A stretch of DNA of 62,592 nt, the filler included, from Deltaproteobacteria bacterium (lineage in GTDB: Bacteria; JAGRBM01; JAHCIT01), in NCBI GenBank assembly GCA_026129095.1. It is 3 parts of 3 records of this genome, joined end to end, with 100 filler letters (N's around TTAATTAATTAA, not from the genome) between each part and the next. Parts side by side here need not be neighbours in the genome. Positions count along the whole stretch, not along the records: positions 1 to 30,482 come from JAHCIT010000017.1; 2 more parts are not named here. One strand, written 5' to 3'. The translations under genes were made by a program, and so were the position numbers. Below the pieces are notes generated by a model. That model was not told the origin of the DNA, did no database searches, and saw only the letters and a list, made by a program, of their open reading frames with translations. This document shows positions 20,201 to 27,400 of the stretch, piece by piece (position 1 is the stretch's first letter; each line of letters opens with the position of its first letter).

Positions 20201-21069
20201 GGCGTCCCGGAGAGCGCGCCCGTTTCCGGATCGAAATCCAGCCAGTGCGGCCTGTTCTGGACCGAAAACGTGAGGATGTCGCCCGGATCGGCATCGCTTG
20301 CCACGGGCGCGAAGAAATAGGCCGATCCCTCATTCACCCGGAACGGCGGGTTGCCGGCAATCACCGGCGGGAAGTTGCCGCCGGGAGGAGGTTCCACCAC
20401 CAGCACCAGAACCGGTTTGGAAGCGGTTTCCCGCGACGAGAAGGTTATCGATCCGCTCGCACCCTCGTCCGTCTTCCGGACGATCCAGCCGTTGTTGGGA
20501 GTCCCGAGGACAAACGCCTCCACGTCGGCCTTCACGTCGAACGAGACCGTGCCGCCCTGGCCATTCATGATCAGCTGCGTGGCCGTCGCCGCAGATTCCC
20601 ACGGCCGCTCGCCGCTGCCGCTCATGGACCATTCGGCTGCCCCCGTACAGTCCTTGGCCGAATTGGCGATGCTGGAATCGACAGCGCAGTTCCACGTGGC
20701 CCCGCTGCCCGTGCTCCCGTTGCCTTCGGCCCACGGCACGGTGACGCGGTGCAGATCGATGGTCCTCCCCGAAGCGCCCCAGTTGTTGCCATTGGCGGAG
20801 ATAGTCAGTTCCAGCGTGGCCGACAGCAGCGTGCCGCCGCCCACGGCGGCATCGACCGCCACCTGCGGGAACCGGACGAGCACACGATTGTTCCCGCTCG
20901 CCTGGATCTGGAGAGCGGCCGAACCGCCTTCGTTGGTGTTGGCCGCGCCACTTCGGACATACGTATCGGCTTCGGCTTCGATCGAAATCGTGACCGGTTC
21001 GGCCAGGGCCGCATTCGGGAAAACTCCGGTAATCAGCAGTCCTGCAAAAACAGGCAAAAGACGGCGCAT
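8233..21069 (-). CDS. Giant secreted Rhs/YD polymorphic toxin: 2 DNRLRE-like domains, putative Ig repeats, 2 ASH-like Ig domains, SpvB-like domain, FG-GAP repeats, Rhs core, HExxH C-terminal domain
   Basis: GGGGGAG RBS before ATG 21069; Sec signal MRRLLPVF...ALA; ADTYV...N.G...P.LVL (twice); P.W..FD..TG.L.G.P repeats; GAFTTSIPIEVP...PRLSLNYSS...GWVGVG; GDFNGDG repeats; YD repeats; HGDHLGS...RYYDP..GRFISADP...NNPLNRVDVDG. Confidence 0.9.
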   Translation of the reverse strand: MRRLLPVFAGLLITGVFPNAALAEPVTISIEAEADTYVRSGAANTNEGGSAALQIQASGNNRVLVRFPQVAVDAAVGGGTLLSATLELTISANGNNWGASGRTIDLHRVTVPWAEGNGSTGSGATWNCAVDSSIANSAKDCTGAAEWSMSGSGERPWESAATATQLIMNGQGGTVSFDVKADVEAFVLGTPNNGWIVRKTDEGASGSITFSSRETASKPVLVLVVEPPPGGNFPPVIAGNPPFRVNEGSAYFFAPVASDADPGDILTFSVQNRPHWLDFDPETGALSGTPSAGDAGIYRNIVITVTDSENQGASLPAFDIAVTVTLTAAADTFIYNGSPNTNEGGAALLRVQQAGNNRVLVRFGHPDLVSFVAGRTVLAAYLEADILNTGNNWGPGRTVDVHRMLQDWAEGNGKVAGTTPSDRGDGPGATWNCAIDTNITNTAKDCSGATEWSMGNPGLWPMETVPTGTVLIQNAQTGTVAWDVTADVIAFLAGTKENYGWLVRKTEEGQGGLIEFDSKESGNPPRLVLVLEGDEPPADAMLTCMPEQIDFGAVGVGAESDTSFITCTNELLDNVAVDMNSFAVTDSENFDISVAGVSGEDISAGIFHPGDYVTFGIIFRPQETGPLSSVISFEYVTSSEPTEILLTGIGENISDPVQIVHFSATPPVIGSGDASMLAWLAVNATSCEINSIPVDTSGNVQVAPPVSTVYTFTCNGESGPVSAQAVVAVQSGSGLTCIPGIIDFGAVTANSGSSSTGVICHNMTEQLLEVDLNPAVTNFFGTAASDFALGSTPDFSGAPDFPPYIGPGEYIGFEIVFNPSETGQRLASLVLGYVNEAAITEIPLTGTGTEPSGPVEFPIFSVAWDGNALCAETDPPDGDANLGVGEYASLKRTADSQYVFSSLSLDGFGHSRAIPIIPFRDVWNVAESNFWTQPLKVGHYTLELNYGPVSWGSRTFEVLADPMQRLNTAVDVPVFSGVNHLPSPSVKLNDDLLAVIGFSGLTLLTTSGENGHFPEIIGSSPVRVSDSAMLARFICPTHCPSGTPDRFLVRYLDTPIPEVVEISPPYPVRTEWTVVNEFTAVALTWGEDGIPNHVTNNDDTIVVMRGLSDGEITYENVVIPELVHPYWGVPGGSIYADHPAVGFGPNDALAPIATSDDTVVIAGSGPDYLWVPSSPSIGDNIIVIVRGIQTGELEFEAVWVPDMAAHGRGIALTEDSVVVRLYGNRPGNFQFPCCGQGFAVIEGIEYSEPEVTFTTSISYYGIGAPLENQGRVVPELLSYGKGYVRWGVELISVVSDDILMRANVRDMGGVAASFIDDSTFVSIDILHSQLPDYFHINPQQVLLTRNIWSVPETISVSLNDIPAGLLPSVPNAPSSIPRAVSDAVTLQNYLQYGNSLFTKIGNFAYTVISGSEYPPQHCNTASSHPAYLLSIKNLYSGQPSLEVAGYASQFPVNRVEVLGEHTSSEMAYYIGQNDIYWIAPSATHEIMQSAHPDVFAIQGQYYSYYPVDLGIWGEPIFEIVNKPSWAEFDFVTGELYGIPTNGDVGVYDGIIIVRSNSDTEVFRVGPFTIEVMNANDPPTIEGNPPDSASVGVIYDFTFSSDDPDLIHGDVLQFSATNLPLWLSLDPVTGRLLGTPQESDAGVWIDIHVYVSDRFGEFAVAGPFEIRFSSANSPPQISGVPPETAGWGVLYSFTPMASDPDVGDNGSLVFSIENPPYWTGFDPETGMLAGVPGYFETGVYENIVIIVRDPFGDYSRLPAFTISVEGENTPPAISGSPETAILFGETYFFTPDAWDPDIEFGDVLTFGIVNLPAWAAFDTATGSLYGVPGLDDVGEYAGIVINVEDIMGGFDELPEFSIEVTGTAPPAFANLPETSAIEGQYYEYVPVISNAPENYAFQITGLPDWAQFDQGDGKLSGTPGEDDSGVYADIVIELVDQSGVVAILGPFSIEVHDNEVDAGQGLGNIPVSDYIPKMPQVPHLGQVDPSTGAFTTSIPIEVPKYYDIEPRLSLNYSSNGVDGWVGVGFQLAGTSSIVRSSSTNGAPRYVSSDKFSLDGNELLPCSGFQDICASRPGATHVTKWDNYTKIQRDSVNDRWYVWDTRGTRMTYEKTVYSGNQVFRWDIVEVTDVFGNTVSYSYTSLGNREVYLQSIEYGPYRVVFYTASRSSESAKPSYATGSNLLEIGRYLNAVAVSSNEQNIRAYALDYEISGWTARYLLSNITQYGAGVVVAPDGTVSNPEETVQLQVFSVDWNKNSISMSSGTLGGWDSMPGAPAYNNQNRYVSGDFNGDGLTDIAITTNNWRGWRVYLSNGNGWKTEWWEDKNIESDSQGGYVCYQAICNNENRFIVGDFNGDGRSDILVVHSNSTKFRIFVSSPSTSNSSGYAFKYRTVSANLKRNGVLVPICDWSCADERVNILSGDFNGDGKTDIVAARGGVNWSSAFATTDETLNSHSWHIWYGKSSTTAVSFTRYRKLYTQNSDWRPCLDDCQPDDVRFIVTDMNGDGYSDILRFMKSTAFATNVYAYFGKDGEGFTHIDTERKYLCGEDCSATKLFAGDFNGDGKQDVYFGPLHWILYSNGYDFRIGFPKFTGDGRPCGDCGQSDLLLALDINGDNRADLIGTTANSTKVRYGFAKKSSIGETTFETKEYSHNVCQGDCNRENGAIQIGDFDGNGKQDVFTFLATGQPRVHLTGKTADRPDLVDAIVSITGTRTEVDYISSANWPGNKVPVGLLLGTVKSLRTAYRTNSASSTEDVLSEQAIVTEYSYSGLEWSQEERRPFGFTRFAQRNWEEIVEIVEKKPDKTVTKLTRKPLELQQEADMSRNLACIGRPVETRILDMSKPASERLLARSVTSYIPEAGPPYTCRSGETVAETYGPGGGLWIRRQEVLSYDSYGQPLVVVNHGDANASGDETVSVTEYAYNPVDYIVGTPRRQLVCAGISPELCSSTGSGRISEARYCYDGDTDSGDDPLCSEPPPEGRVTRKRQWDSNGDGPERWLTSDMRYDPVNGNPLASSLSYFGDEMPVFNPDTEYDESGLYPVASFNHLGHVSEQVFDPVMGVQLCGRNPNQVVIYSRYDSLGRLISSSAPEKYTGTLDIEACTKDDAWWDANWAVRKSYVLDSTSNYTVTRNRAAVTGPAASEIFETIEIRDGLGRNIQTKHRTGTGTHVVSGLVAYDALGRVRYQYDTFDEEGGSDTVWTGFTQASGDARIRKTEFLHDSVGRVSSVKFVGGGQAFVEYQLGETTVTDPKGNTRVAFSDIHGRNYRIDEFAVSGTRLTTLYDFDPVTGRLMRIGRDTDNNGYLGGADRVDAEFSYNSLGQTLHLTDINTGVTTYSYDAMGNVARKTDARGNEAVYSFDELGRLVLKCAKAGAGVDDPLGLTKSFGTSPVEATAQGACGAGEVEIASYTYDNPAANGIGALDTLADLSGTTAYSYDLQGRITGIVKRMDPDSQTNAWRTFTLSRSFDLLGRLQNIVYPDRENVCYGYDERSQLVGIVGYDDDGDGNPSDCGAAGVDTRTYLQGATYDPVFGSLLMMEFGNGTTTTREYHASTRRLKVLETLDSQAELLQKTAYAYDRTGNITAILDFRAPGNTQHFTYDGLSRLLTASGGYGNLAYSYDGVGNFQTFEGPPPVAYDTAGGVTHPDAMVSGPGGWSAAYDLNGNMTVRTPSSISPTHLYSWGYDNRLATASAIDSGPPEHLVSMVYDGHGARVIRYADGAPTYYFGNWFELRPAMAVKHIMGPGGVIASVSYNPASKPSLGGFMATVSLGDRLRERARRTWSAAANPSLGPAGAKARIQIASLAAALASVLWLLWLADPLWRFRRLVRALETAGERDLREAMEAARIRAAVRVERRRARGGYRWRWRQGVAAGLVLAIGFAAAACEEQRWGAGGRQMGAVAYSTGTAIAEGDQPIWLHGDHLGSVVAVTDASGAELSRMDYKPFGEVWSSSGTAPASDRTFTRKRQDAGLGLMNFENRYYDPLVGRFISADPRQLEPAPLQAMRMAEWDYQNGSANAGSMPEERLADWRGRTFAPQDLNRFSYVLNNPLNRVDVDGYGFWKWVKRFVLKVLSNLVSLVLQAIFRYILPFQLPNFGLSDALWDMIDRLAGNMFVIGADAATYASTQRKGGIGFHGYLVGAKTTMLGLSAGLAAIAVGAMQGKNVGVHAESVNGTGTIVFSGAGFVVGKASAQTIGHAMLLKVERNGYFKHKPYSFWLDHESLHLQQAGVLGEGYLASHITMGALAMMFGRELKDDQGNVLRDKWHDPKINFLEDHESNSPWKWGRWP

Positions 21070-21329
21070 GTTCCAGACTCCCCCACCGAAAGCGGTCCCC
21101 ACCGCTCCCAGCCTTCAGCTCAGCGGCGTTCTGCCGCAGAATGATGTGTGGTTACTGGTGCTTATATATCAAGAACATGCTGTCGGGTTCAATCGAAATT
21201 ATTTGGAAATATGTCATCCTGCTGAAATCACGGAGAGTTTCCGTCACGGGCAAATCGGGGTGTGCGCTTCGTCACCTTCCGCAAAATATTTCCCGGTCCA
21301 GAATATGTCTGTAAGGCGAGGATTTTCCC

Positions 21330-23027
21330 ATGGACGAATATCTGTGGCCGGCGCGGAATGTCGCCGAATACGCCTACTGCCCCCGGCTCTTCTACCTGAT
21401 GGAGGTCGAGGGCGTTTATCTGCCGAACGAGGAGACGGAAGCTGGCAAAGCCGTTCACAAGCGGGTGGACCGTCCGAGTTCCGATACGGAAGACGAAGTA
21501 AGGCCCAAAAGCGTTCGCAGTCTTACGCTCACCAGTGGCCGGTTGAAACTGACAGCCACGCTCGATCTGGCCGAAATCGACGGCAACCACGCCATACCGG
21601 TCGAATACCGCAAGGGGCGTCCGAAGAAGACCGTCATGGCCCCGCCGCCGGACGACCCTGGCGAATCTGATGAACCGCCCCTTGCCTCCACGGAACCCTG
21701 GCCCACCGACCGCGTCCAGATTGGCCTTCAGGTCATCCTGCTGGAAGAGGCCGGTTATGCCGTCCCCGAAGCTTTTCTCTACTACGCCGCCGAGAAACTG
21801 AAGCTGGCCGTGCCGGTTGACGAGGCGCTCAAAAAAGATGCGCTTGCCACCCTGGAGGCAGCCCAGGTCTGCGCAAGGGGGAGCCGCCCGCTTCCGCTTG
21901 TGAACGACCGGCGCTGCGAGGGCTGCTCGCTCCAGCCGCTTTGCCTGCCGGACGAGGTTAATTACGAACGGGCCGGGGATCCCGGCTCCATGCCCTCTCC
22001 CCGCAAGCTCTGGCCGCCCCGAAGCGACGGCATTCATCTGGTGGCCCAGCAGAAAGGAACCCGCATCGGCGTAAGAGGAACCTCCGTGCGAATCACCGAC
22101 GACCGGGGCTCTGTGGTCAAGGAAATCCCGCTCGTGAACATGGAAAGCCTCTCGGTACTGGGTTCCGTCCAGATATCCACCCAGGCTTTGCAGGTATTCG
22201 CGGACCGGGAAATCCCGGTGGCCTATCTGTCGCCTGCCGGGCGCCTGGTTGCGCTCGTCGAGCCCGCCACCAGCACCAGCGGCCATATCCGGCGCGCCCA
22301 GTTCAAGGCGCTGGATGCCGAAACCGTCAAACTCGAACTGGCCCGGGCGCTGATCACGGCCAAAATCCTGAACCAGCGCAAACTCCTTCAACGCAATCAT
22401 GCGGCACTGCCGGACGGCGCCCTGGACAACCTCACGCGGGAAGCCGAGGCCGCCGCCCGCGCCGAATCCACCGACAGCCTTCGTGGGCACGAGGGGCGAG
22501 CGGCGGCCATCTATTTCGGCCTTTTCAGCGGCATGATCCGGCCGGAAGCCGGCAGGGAGTTCCAGGCGAATGGCCGCCAGCGCCGCCCGCCCCCCGACCC
22601 TGTCAACTGCGCCCTGTCGCTGGCCTATTCGATGCTCACCCATGAGGCGACGGCCGCTCTCCGGACGGCCAGCCTCGAAACCTCCATCGGCGCTTTCCAC
22701 GTTTCACGGCCGGGCCGCCCGGCGCTCTCGCTCGACCTCATGGAACCGTTCCGTCCGCTCATCGCCGACTCCTGCGTGATCGCAGGATTCAACAGGGGTG
22801 AGTTCCGCGATGGCCATTTCGCCAGAACCGCCGCCGGATGCATGTTCACCGATCACGGCCGGAGGGCCTTTTTTAACACTTACGGCCGCCGGATGGACGA
22901 CGAGGTCACCCACCCGGAGTTCGGCTACCGGCTCTCCTACCGGCGGATGATCGTCCTGCACGCACGGATGATCGCCGCGTGGTTCATGGGCGAGGTGCCG
23001 AGGCTATCATTCCTGACAACCCGGTGA
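21330..23027 (+). CDS. cas1: CRISPR-associated Cas4-Cas1 fusion
   Basis: Cas4 part: EYAYCPR plus CEGCSLQPLC (4 Cys). Cas1 part: GHEGRAA.IYF, RPPPDPVN..LS..Y, GAFH, LSLDLMEPFRPLIAD. Confidence 0.95.
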   Translation: MDEYLWPARNVAEYAYCPRLFYLMEVEGVYLPNEETEAGKAVHKRVDRPSSDTEDEVRPKSVRSLTLTSGRLKLTATLDLAEIDGNHAIPVEYRKGRPKKTVMAPPPDDPGESDEPPLASTEPWPTDRVQIGLQVILLEEAGYAVPEAFLYYAAEKLKLAVPVDEALKKDALATLEAAQVCARGSRPLPLVNDRRCEGCSLQPLCLPDEVNYERAGDPGSMPSPRKLWPPRSDGIHLVAQQKGTRIGVRGTSVRITDDRGSVVKEIPLVNMESLSVLGSVQISTQALQVFADREIPVAYLSPAGRLVALVEPATSTSGHIRRAQFKALDAETVKLELARALITAKILNQRKLLQRNHAALPDGALDNLTREAEAAARAESTDSLRGHEGRAAAIYFGLFSGMIRPEAGREFQANGRQRRPPPDPVNCALSLAYSMLTHEATAALRTASLETSIGAFHVSRPGRPALSLDLMEPFRPLIADSCVIAGFNRGEFRDGHFARTAAGCMFTDHGRRAFFNTYGRRMDDEVTHPEFGYRLSYRRMIVLHARMIAAWFMGEVPRLSFLTTR

Positions 23028-23043
23028 TGAGGAGGGGAAAACC

Positions 23044-23334
23044 GTGCGCCGCTGCTATCTCGTCTGCTACGACATCCGCGATCCCAAACGCCTGCGCCGG
23101 GTTCACAAGGCCATGAAGGGTTATGGCGAACCGTGGCAGTTTTCGGTCTTCTTCTGCGTCCTGAAGAACATCGACCGCGTCCGCATGCAGACCGATCTCG
23201 AAACGGAGATGAACCAGCGGGACGACCAGATTCTGGTCATCGACATGGGCGGCGATGAAGAAGCCGCCCGGAACGCGGCCGTCGTCCTCGGCCAGTCCAT
23301 GAAACCGGCCGACAGCGGAATGGTGGTGGTGTGA
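23044..23334 (+). CDS. cas2: CRISPR-associated Cas2
   Basis: YLVCYDIRDPKRLRRV...GEPWQFSVF; GAGGAGG RBS; follows cas1. Confidence 0.95.
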   Translation: MRRCYLVCYDIRDPKRLRRVHKAMKGYGEPWQFSVFFCVLKNIDRVRMQTDLETEMNQRDDQILVIDMGGDEEAARNAAVVLGQSMKPADSGMVVV

Positions 23335-23354
23335 GGCAGCAGTTCGCCCGCGAA

Positions 23355-23714
23355 TCAGATCAGTTGCAGGAAATTGGCCGGCGCGAAAATCCCGTGCCGG
23401 CGAAGCGCCTCCGGCGACTCGCGTTCGCACAGCGCCCTCACGCTCTTCAGACGCTCGGCGGCAGCAAGCGCGAAGAACGGCGTCCCGAGCGAGCCTTCAC
23501 GCTTCGTCCATTCAGGCGAGGCAACCCGGCTGCGTTCGGCAAGCAGTTCCGCCAGCGCAGCAGCGGCGATCCGCACCCGGCGGTCGGTTGACTCCGGAGG
23601 CGCAAAAGACGCCGGCAGGTCGCCGAGCCGCGCCCATTCGAGAGCAAGCTCCCTCAGCCGCAGGGCGTCCCGTGCGATCAGCGCTTCCGCCATCTGTTCC
23701 AGCAAGGCTTTCAC
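23355..23714 (-). CDS. Small helical partner protein of the nucleotidyltransferase (putative antitoxin)
   Basis: 119 aa; GTGA overlap with the upstream NTase; AALAELLA...PEW...PFF...SPEALRRHGIF pattern, recalled from partners of DUF6036-type NTases. Confidence 0.65.
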   Translation of the reverse strand: MKALLEQMAEALIARDALRLRELALEWARLGDLPASFAPPESTDRRVRIAAAALAELLAERSRVASPEWTKREGSLGTPFFALAAAERLKSVRALCERESPEALRRHGIFAPANFLQLI

Positions 23715-24238
23715 AACGTCTCCCAGAGATCGTCCAGCGCGTATTTTGCCTTCAATTCGGTGCCGGGTTCAAGGTACGGAAGCATGGCAGCCCAGGCGGC
23801 CTCGCGGCCCATCCCGGTCTCCTTGAGCCTGCGGACCAGCGTTTCGGCATCCGAGATATCCAGATCGTCCCGCCACGCCGACAGCTTCATGGCTGCCAGC
23901 TGGGCGACCGACGGAATCGCGACCTCGATCCCCGGAGCCGAAAAGATGACCGTTTCCTGAACCGGTGGCCGGACATACGCCTTCGCCGCATCGTTCAGCC
24001 AGTCATCGGGCAACCCCAGTTTCGATCCCACCCCGGTGGCAAGCCGTCGCACCTGCGATGCATCGGCCGGTTCGAGGAAAACCGAATCGATGTCGTAGGT
24101 GCTGTCACGGCTGCCGAATCCCAGCGCCATCGCGGCTCCCCCGACGACCAGCAGACGTATCCGCGTGCCGTCCGCGAGAGCGGCCGCGCCCAGCTCACGA
24201 AAGGCGTTTTCGATGGCGGTTTTGGAGAGACGGGACAC
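23711..24238 (-). CDS. Nucleotidyltransferase, DUF6036/AbiEii/MenT-like (putative toxin)
   Basis: GGAGG RBS; LVVGGAAM...RDSTYDID (GG...DxD); WLND; MKLSAWRDDLDISDA (K..A.R..D..D). Confidence 0.8.
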   Translation of the reverse strand: MSRLSKTAIENAFRELGAAALADGTRIRLLVVGGAAMALGFGSRDSTYDIDSVFLEPADASQVRRLATGVGSKLGLPDDWLNDAAKAYVRPPVQETVIFSAPGIEVAIPSVAQLAAMKLSAWRDDLDISDAETLVRRLKETGMGREAAWAAMLPYLEPGTELKAKYALDDLWETL

Positions 24239-24330
24239 GTCGGCAGCCTCCGGAAGGTCCGTCAGTAAAGCCTACCCGGTTTTTCACCGGACCGGGCATT
24301 CGTCCCGTTGTATTCTTCGGAAAAACAACA

Positions 24331-24347
24331 GTGACACGTCTTGTCAC
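24331..24347. promoter_or_regulatory. Palindromic operator GTGACA-N5-TGTCAC in the divergent NTase/cas12b promoter region
   Basis: Perfect 6-bp arms in the 207-bp intergenic region. Confidence 0.5.
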
Positions 24348-24445
24348 CGGACCATGCCAGTATGGACTGGAAGTGGAAATGGCCGTCCATGGAAGTTAGG
24401 ATTTTGCAAACACGAAGGAACTTCCATCCGGGAGAGGGTAAACCG

Positions 24446-27400
24446 ATGCCTCAAAACCAAACCATTACGCCAACTCAACGCGCATACACTCTGCGGCTCC
24501 GCGGAGCGACAAAGGACGACAATTCCTGGCGCGACGCCATCTGGAAAACCCACGTCGCCGTCAACAAGGGTGCGAAGGTCTTCGGGGACTGGCTGCTGAC
24601 GTTACGGGGCGGCCTGGATCACAATCTGGCCTCTGACTCTTTCGGCAAAAAAACACCTTCTGAGACCGAAATCCGGAACCGGAAAATACTGCTCGCATTG
24701 TCGTGGCTGTCGGTGGAATCCAGGGAAGGAGCACCGGCAGATTACATTATCCCTGCGACAGACACGGAAGACACGCTAAAAGAGATACTTCATGGGCGCG
24801 GGGTTATTGGGAAAGACGCGGACGAATGGGTCGCCATGGCTGCTCCGTCATTAACAGCCGCGATTCGTGACGATGCTGTATGGGTGAATCGCAGCAAGGC
24901 GTTCGATTCATTCGCAAAAAAAATGCCTTCCGGTTTCGATCGAACATCTGCGTCCGCCGTCATCTTTGGCTTCTTCGGAAAGCCCGAAGCGTATTTTTTC
25001 ATCGAAGCTGCCAATACTTCGGATGGTGACGAACCGGGCGCGGAAGAAAAGCCTCCGACTGGTAAGGACGTAGACGAACCGGCCGACTTCTCGAATACGG
25101 CTCGCAGCTGGCTGAGTGCCAACTGGGGTTCAGGTGAAAAGGCCGACACCGAACATGTCGTCGGAACCCTGCAGCGAATTGGGAAAACCGATCTAACCAG
25201 TTTTGACGGCGATGAACCAGAGGCCTTGCTCAGGTTCCTCGTTACGTGCTGCAACGGACAGATCGACCCCACCACGGATAAGGTGACCCTGCTGAAGACT
25301 ATCGGGAAGCTGATCGGATGGAAGGGTGCACCCTCGATGGGGCGAAAGGCGCTCGAGAAAGTCGCTGAATCCAGACAGGTAACACAGGAACTCATCGACA
25401 ACCTTCAGGACAAGTTCCTGTCGGAGGCCACCGACAAGAGCGAAGACATCGGGAAAGTTATTCCGGAGTGGATTCGTCAACTACGGCCGCAAATCGAAGG
25501 CGCGATCGGGATAACGTTCCGTGCTCCTACTTCCGATGACAGGGAACGGGATTTGATCGGCGAGTATTCGGTCCTGCTCGACCACGCAGCCCGCCGCGTT
25601 TCCATTGCACATTCCTGGATCAAGTGGGCCGAAGCCGAGCGGCAAAGGTTTGAAGATGACGCGATGAAGAAAAATAATATACCGTCGGCCGTCAGGGATT
25701 GGCTCGACGACTTCTGTCAGAAACGTTCTCAGACGTCGGGGGCTGAAAATCAATACCTTATCCGGAAGCGTGCGCTTGAAGGCTGGAAAGAGATTGTCGC
25801 CGCGTGGAGTACCCAATCCTGCAAGACGAGGGACGACCGCGTTCAGCGTGCACGGGAAAAACAGGATGAACTGGACAAATTCGGAGATATCAACCTGTTC
25901 GAACGGCTTGCCGATGACGACGCGCGTGTCGTCTGGGAATCAGGACCGGATCACCTGATCAATTATTCCGCCGCTCAGGTTGCCGGACATAACCAGCAAC
26001 GCTTCAAGGTGCCTGCCTACCGGCATCCCGAACCACTCAAGCATCCCGTATTCTGCGATTTCGGCAATTCACGCTGGTCGATCTCCTTCGATATTCATGA
26101 AGCCGTTAAGAAGGCCACGAAAAGTGCGGCAAAACCTGCAAAGAAAAAGGCTTCCAGCAACGCCGAGGTCACCGGGGAAATCCCGTCTACCGACGACCGC
26201 ACTCTTTTGTTGGGCCTATGGAATGGAAACTCCGTTGGCGACAGACAGCTTCGTTTCGCCTCCAAACGTTTACAATGGGATATTACGTCCCCATTGCCTA
26301 ACGCTGGCGAAAAAACCGAAGTCGTTCGTGCCGACCGGTTCGGACGGGCTGCGACCGGGGCGGCCATTACAGAATCTGTTTTGGCGAAAAGCATTTTCGA
26401 ACAAGATTACTGGAACGGCCGCCTCCAGGCCCCTCGCGCCCAGCTAGACCGACTCGCCCATTACCTAGAGAGAAAAGGTTTAGACTGGACTGAAGAAAGC
26501 CGGTGGGACGGGAAAGCCCGAGCTTTGCGCGACCGGATCAACTGGCTGATTACGTTCTCAGCCAAGCTGACGCCTCAAAAGGGACCATGGCTTGAGTATG
26601 CCGATGCGAATGGTCTTAAGCTCTATTCAAAACCATCCGACGATGGTGCCTATCCTTTCAGCCGGCCAGGGCAGGACAAACAGGAAAAACGCGGTTCCAT
26701 GGCCCGTCTCGTGCTTTGCCGCCTTCCTGACCTACGCGTGTTGTCTGTAGACCTCGGTCACCGGTTCGGGGCCGTCTGTGCGGTCTGGCACACGCTGTCG
26801 GGTGAGCAATTCCAGAGAGAATGCAAAGCCGCCAGGAACGAAGGTGCGGAAGTCACGGTCAGGGACCTGTACTGCCACATCAAATTTCCCAAGAAAAAAT
26901 CGAATAACCCCAGCAAGAAACAGCAGAAAGAAGGGAAGGACGATTTTCATCCAATCCGCATATACCGCCGGATCGGCGGCGACCTGCTGCCTGACGGTTC
27001 ACCTCATCCCGCGCCCTGGGCGCGGCTGGAGCGCCAGTTCACCATCAAGCTCCAGGGGGAGGATCGGAAAACTCGGCGGGCAACTGCAGATGAAATGAAC
27101 CGTGTCCGGAATTTCGAGGCGGAAATTGGCCTTGTCAGACGCGCCGATGAAAAACTGCCCATCCGTGTCGATGAACTCATTTCCCAGACCGTCAGGAATG
27201 GGCGACTGGCATTACAGCGTCACGGCCGGCGCGCTAAGATTGCGTGGGGCTTCCTGACAGACGAACAGCATCTCCCCGGCGGTCGCTTCGCACCTCTCAC
27301 GGCCGACGCACGCAAAGAGCTTTACGAAAACACGCTGCGCGACTGGGCTGATCTGGCTACAGACTCGCGATGGCGGGACACAGCTTCCCGCGAACTTTGG

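Noticed and set aside
8440-21670. Long + strand ORFs (8440-10698, 11119-12663, 14629-15981, 20351-21670)
   Set aside because: Antisense shadows of the GC-rich Rhs gene with no recognisable motifs
24341-24445. N-terminal extension of Cas12b from TTG 24341
   Set aside because: The RBS and family-like N-terminus point to ATG 24446
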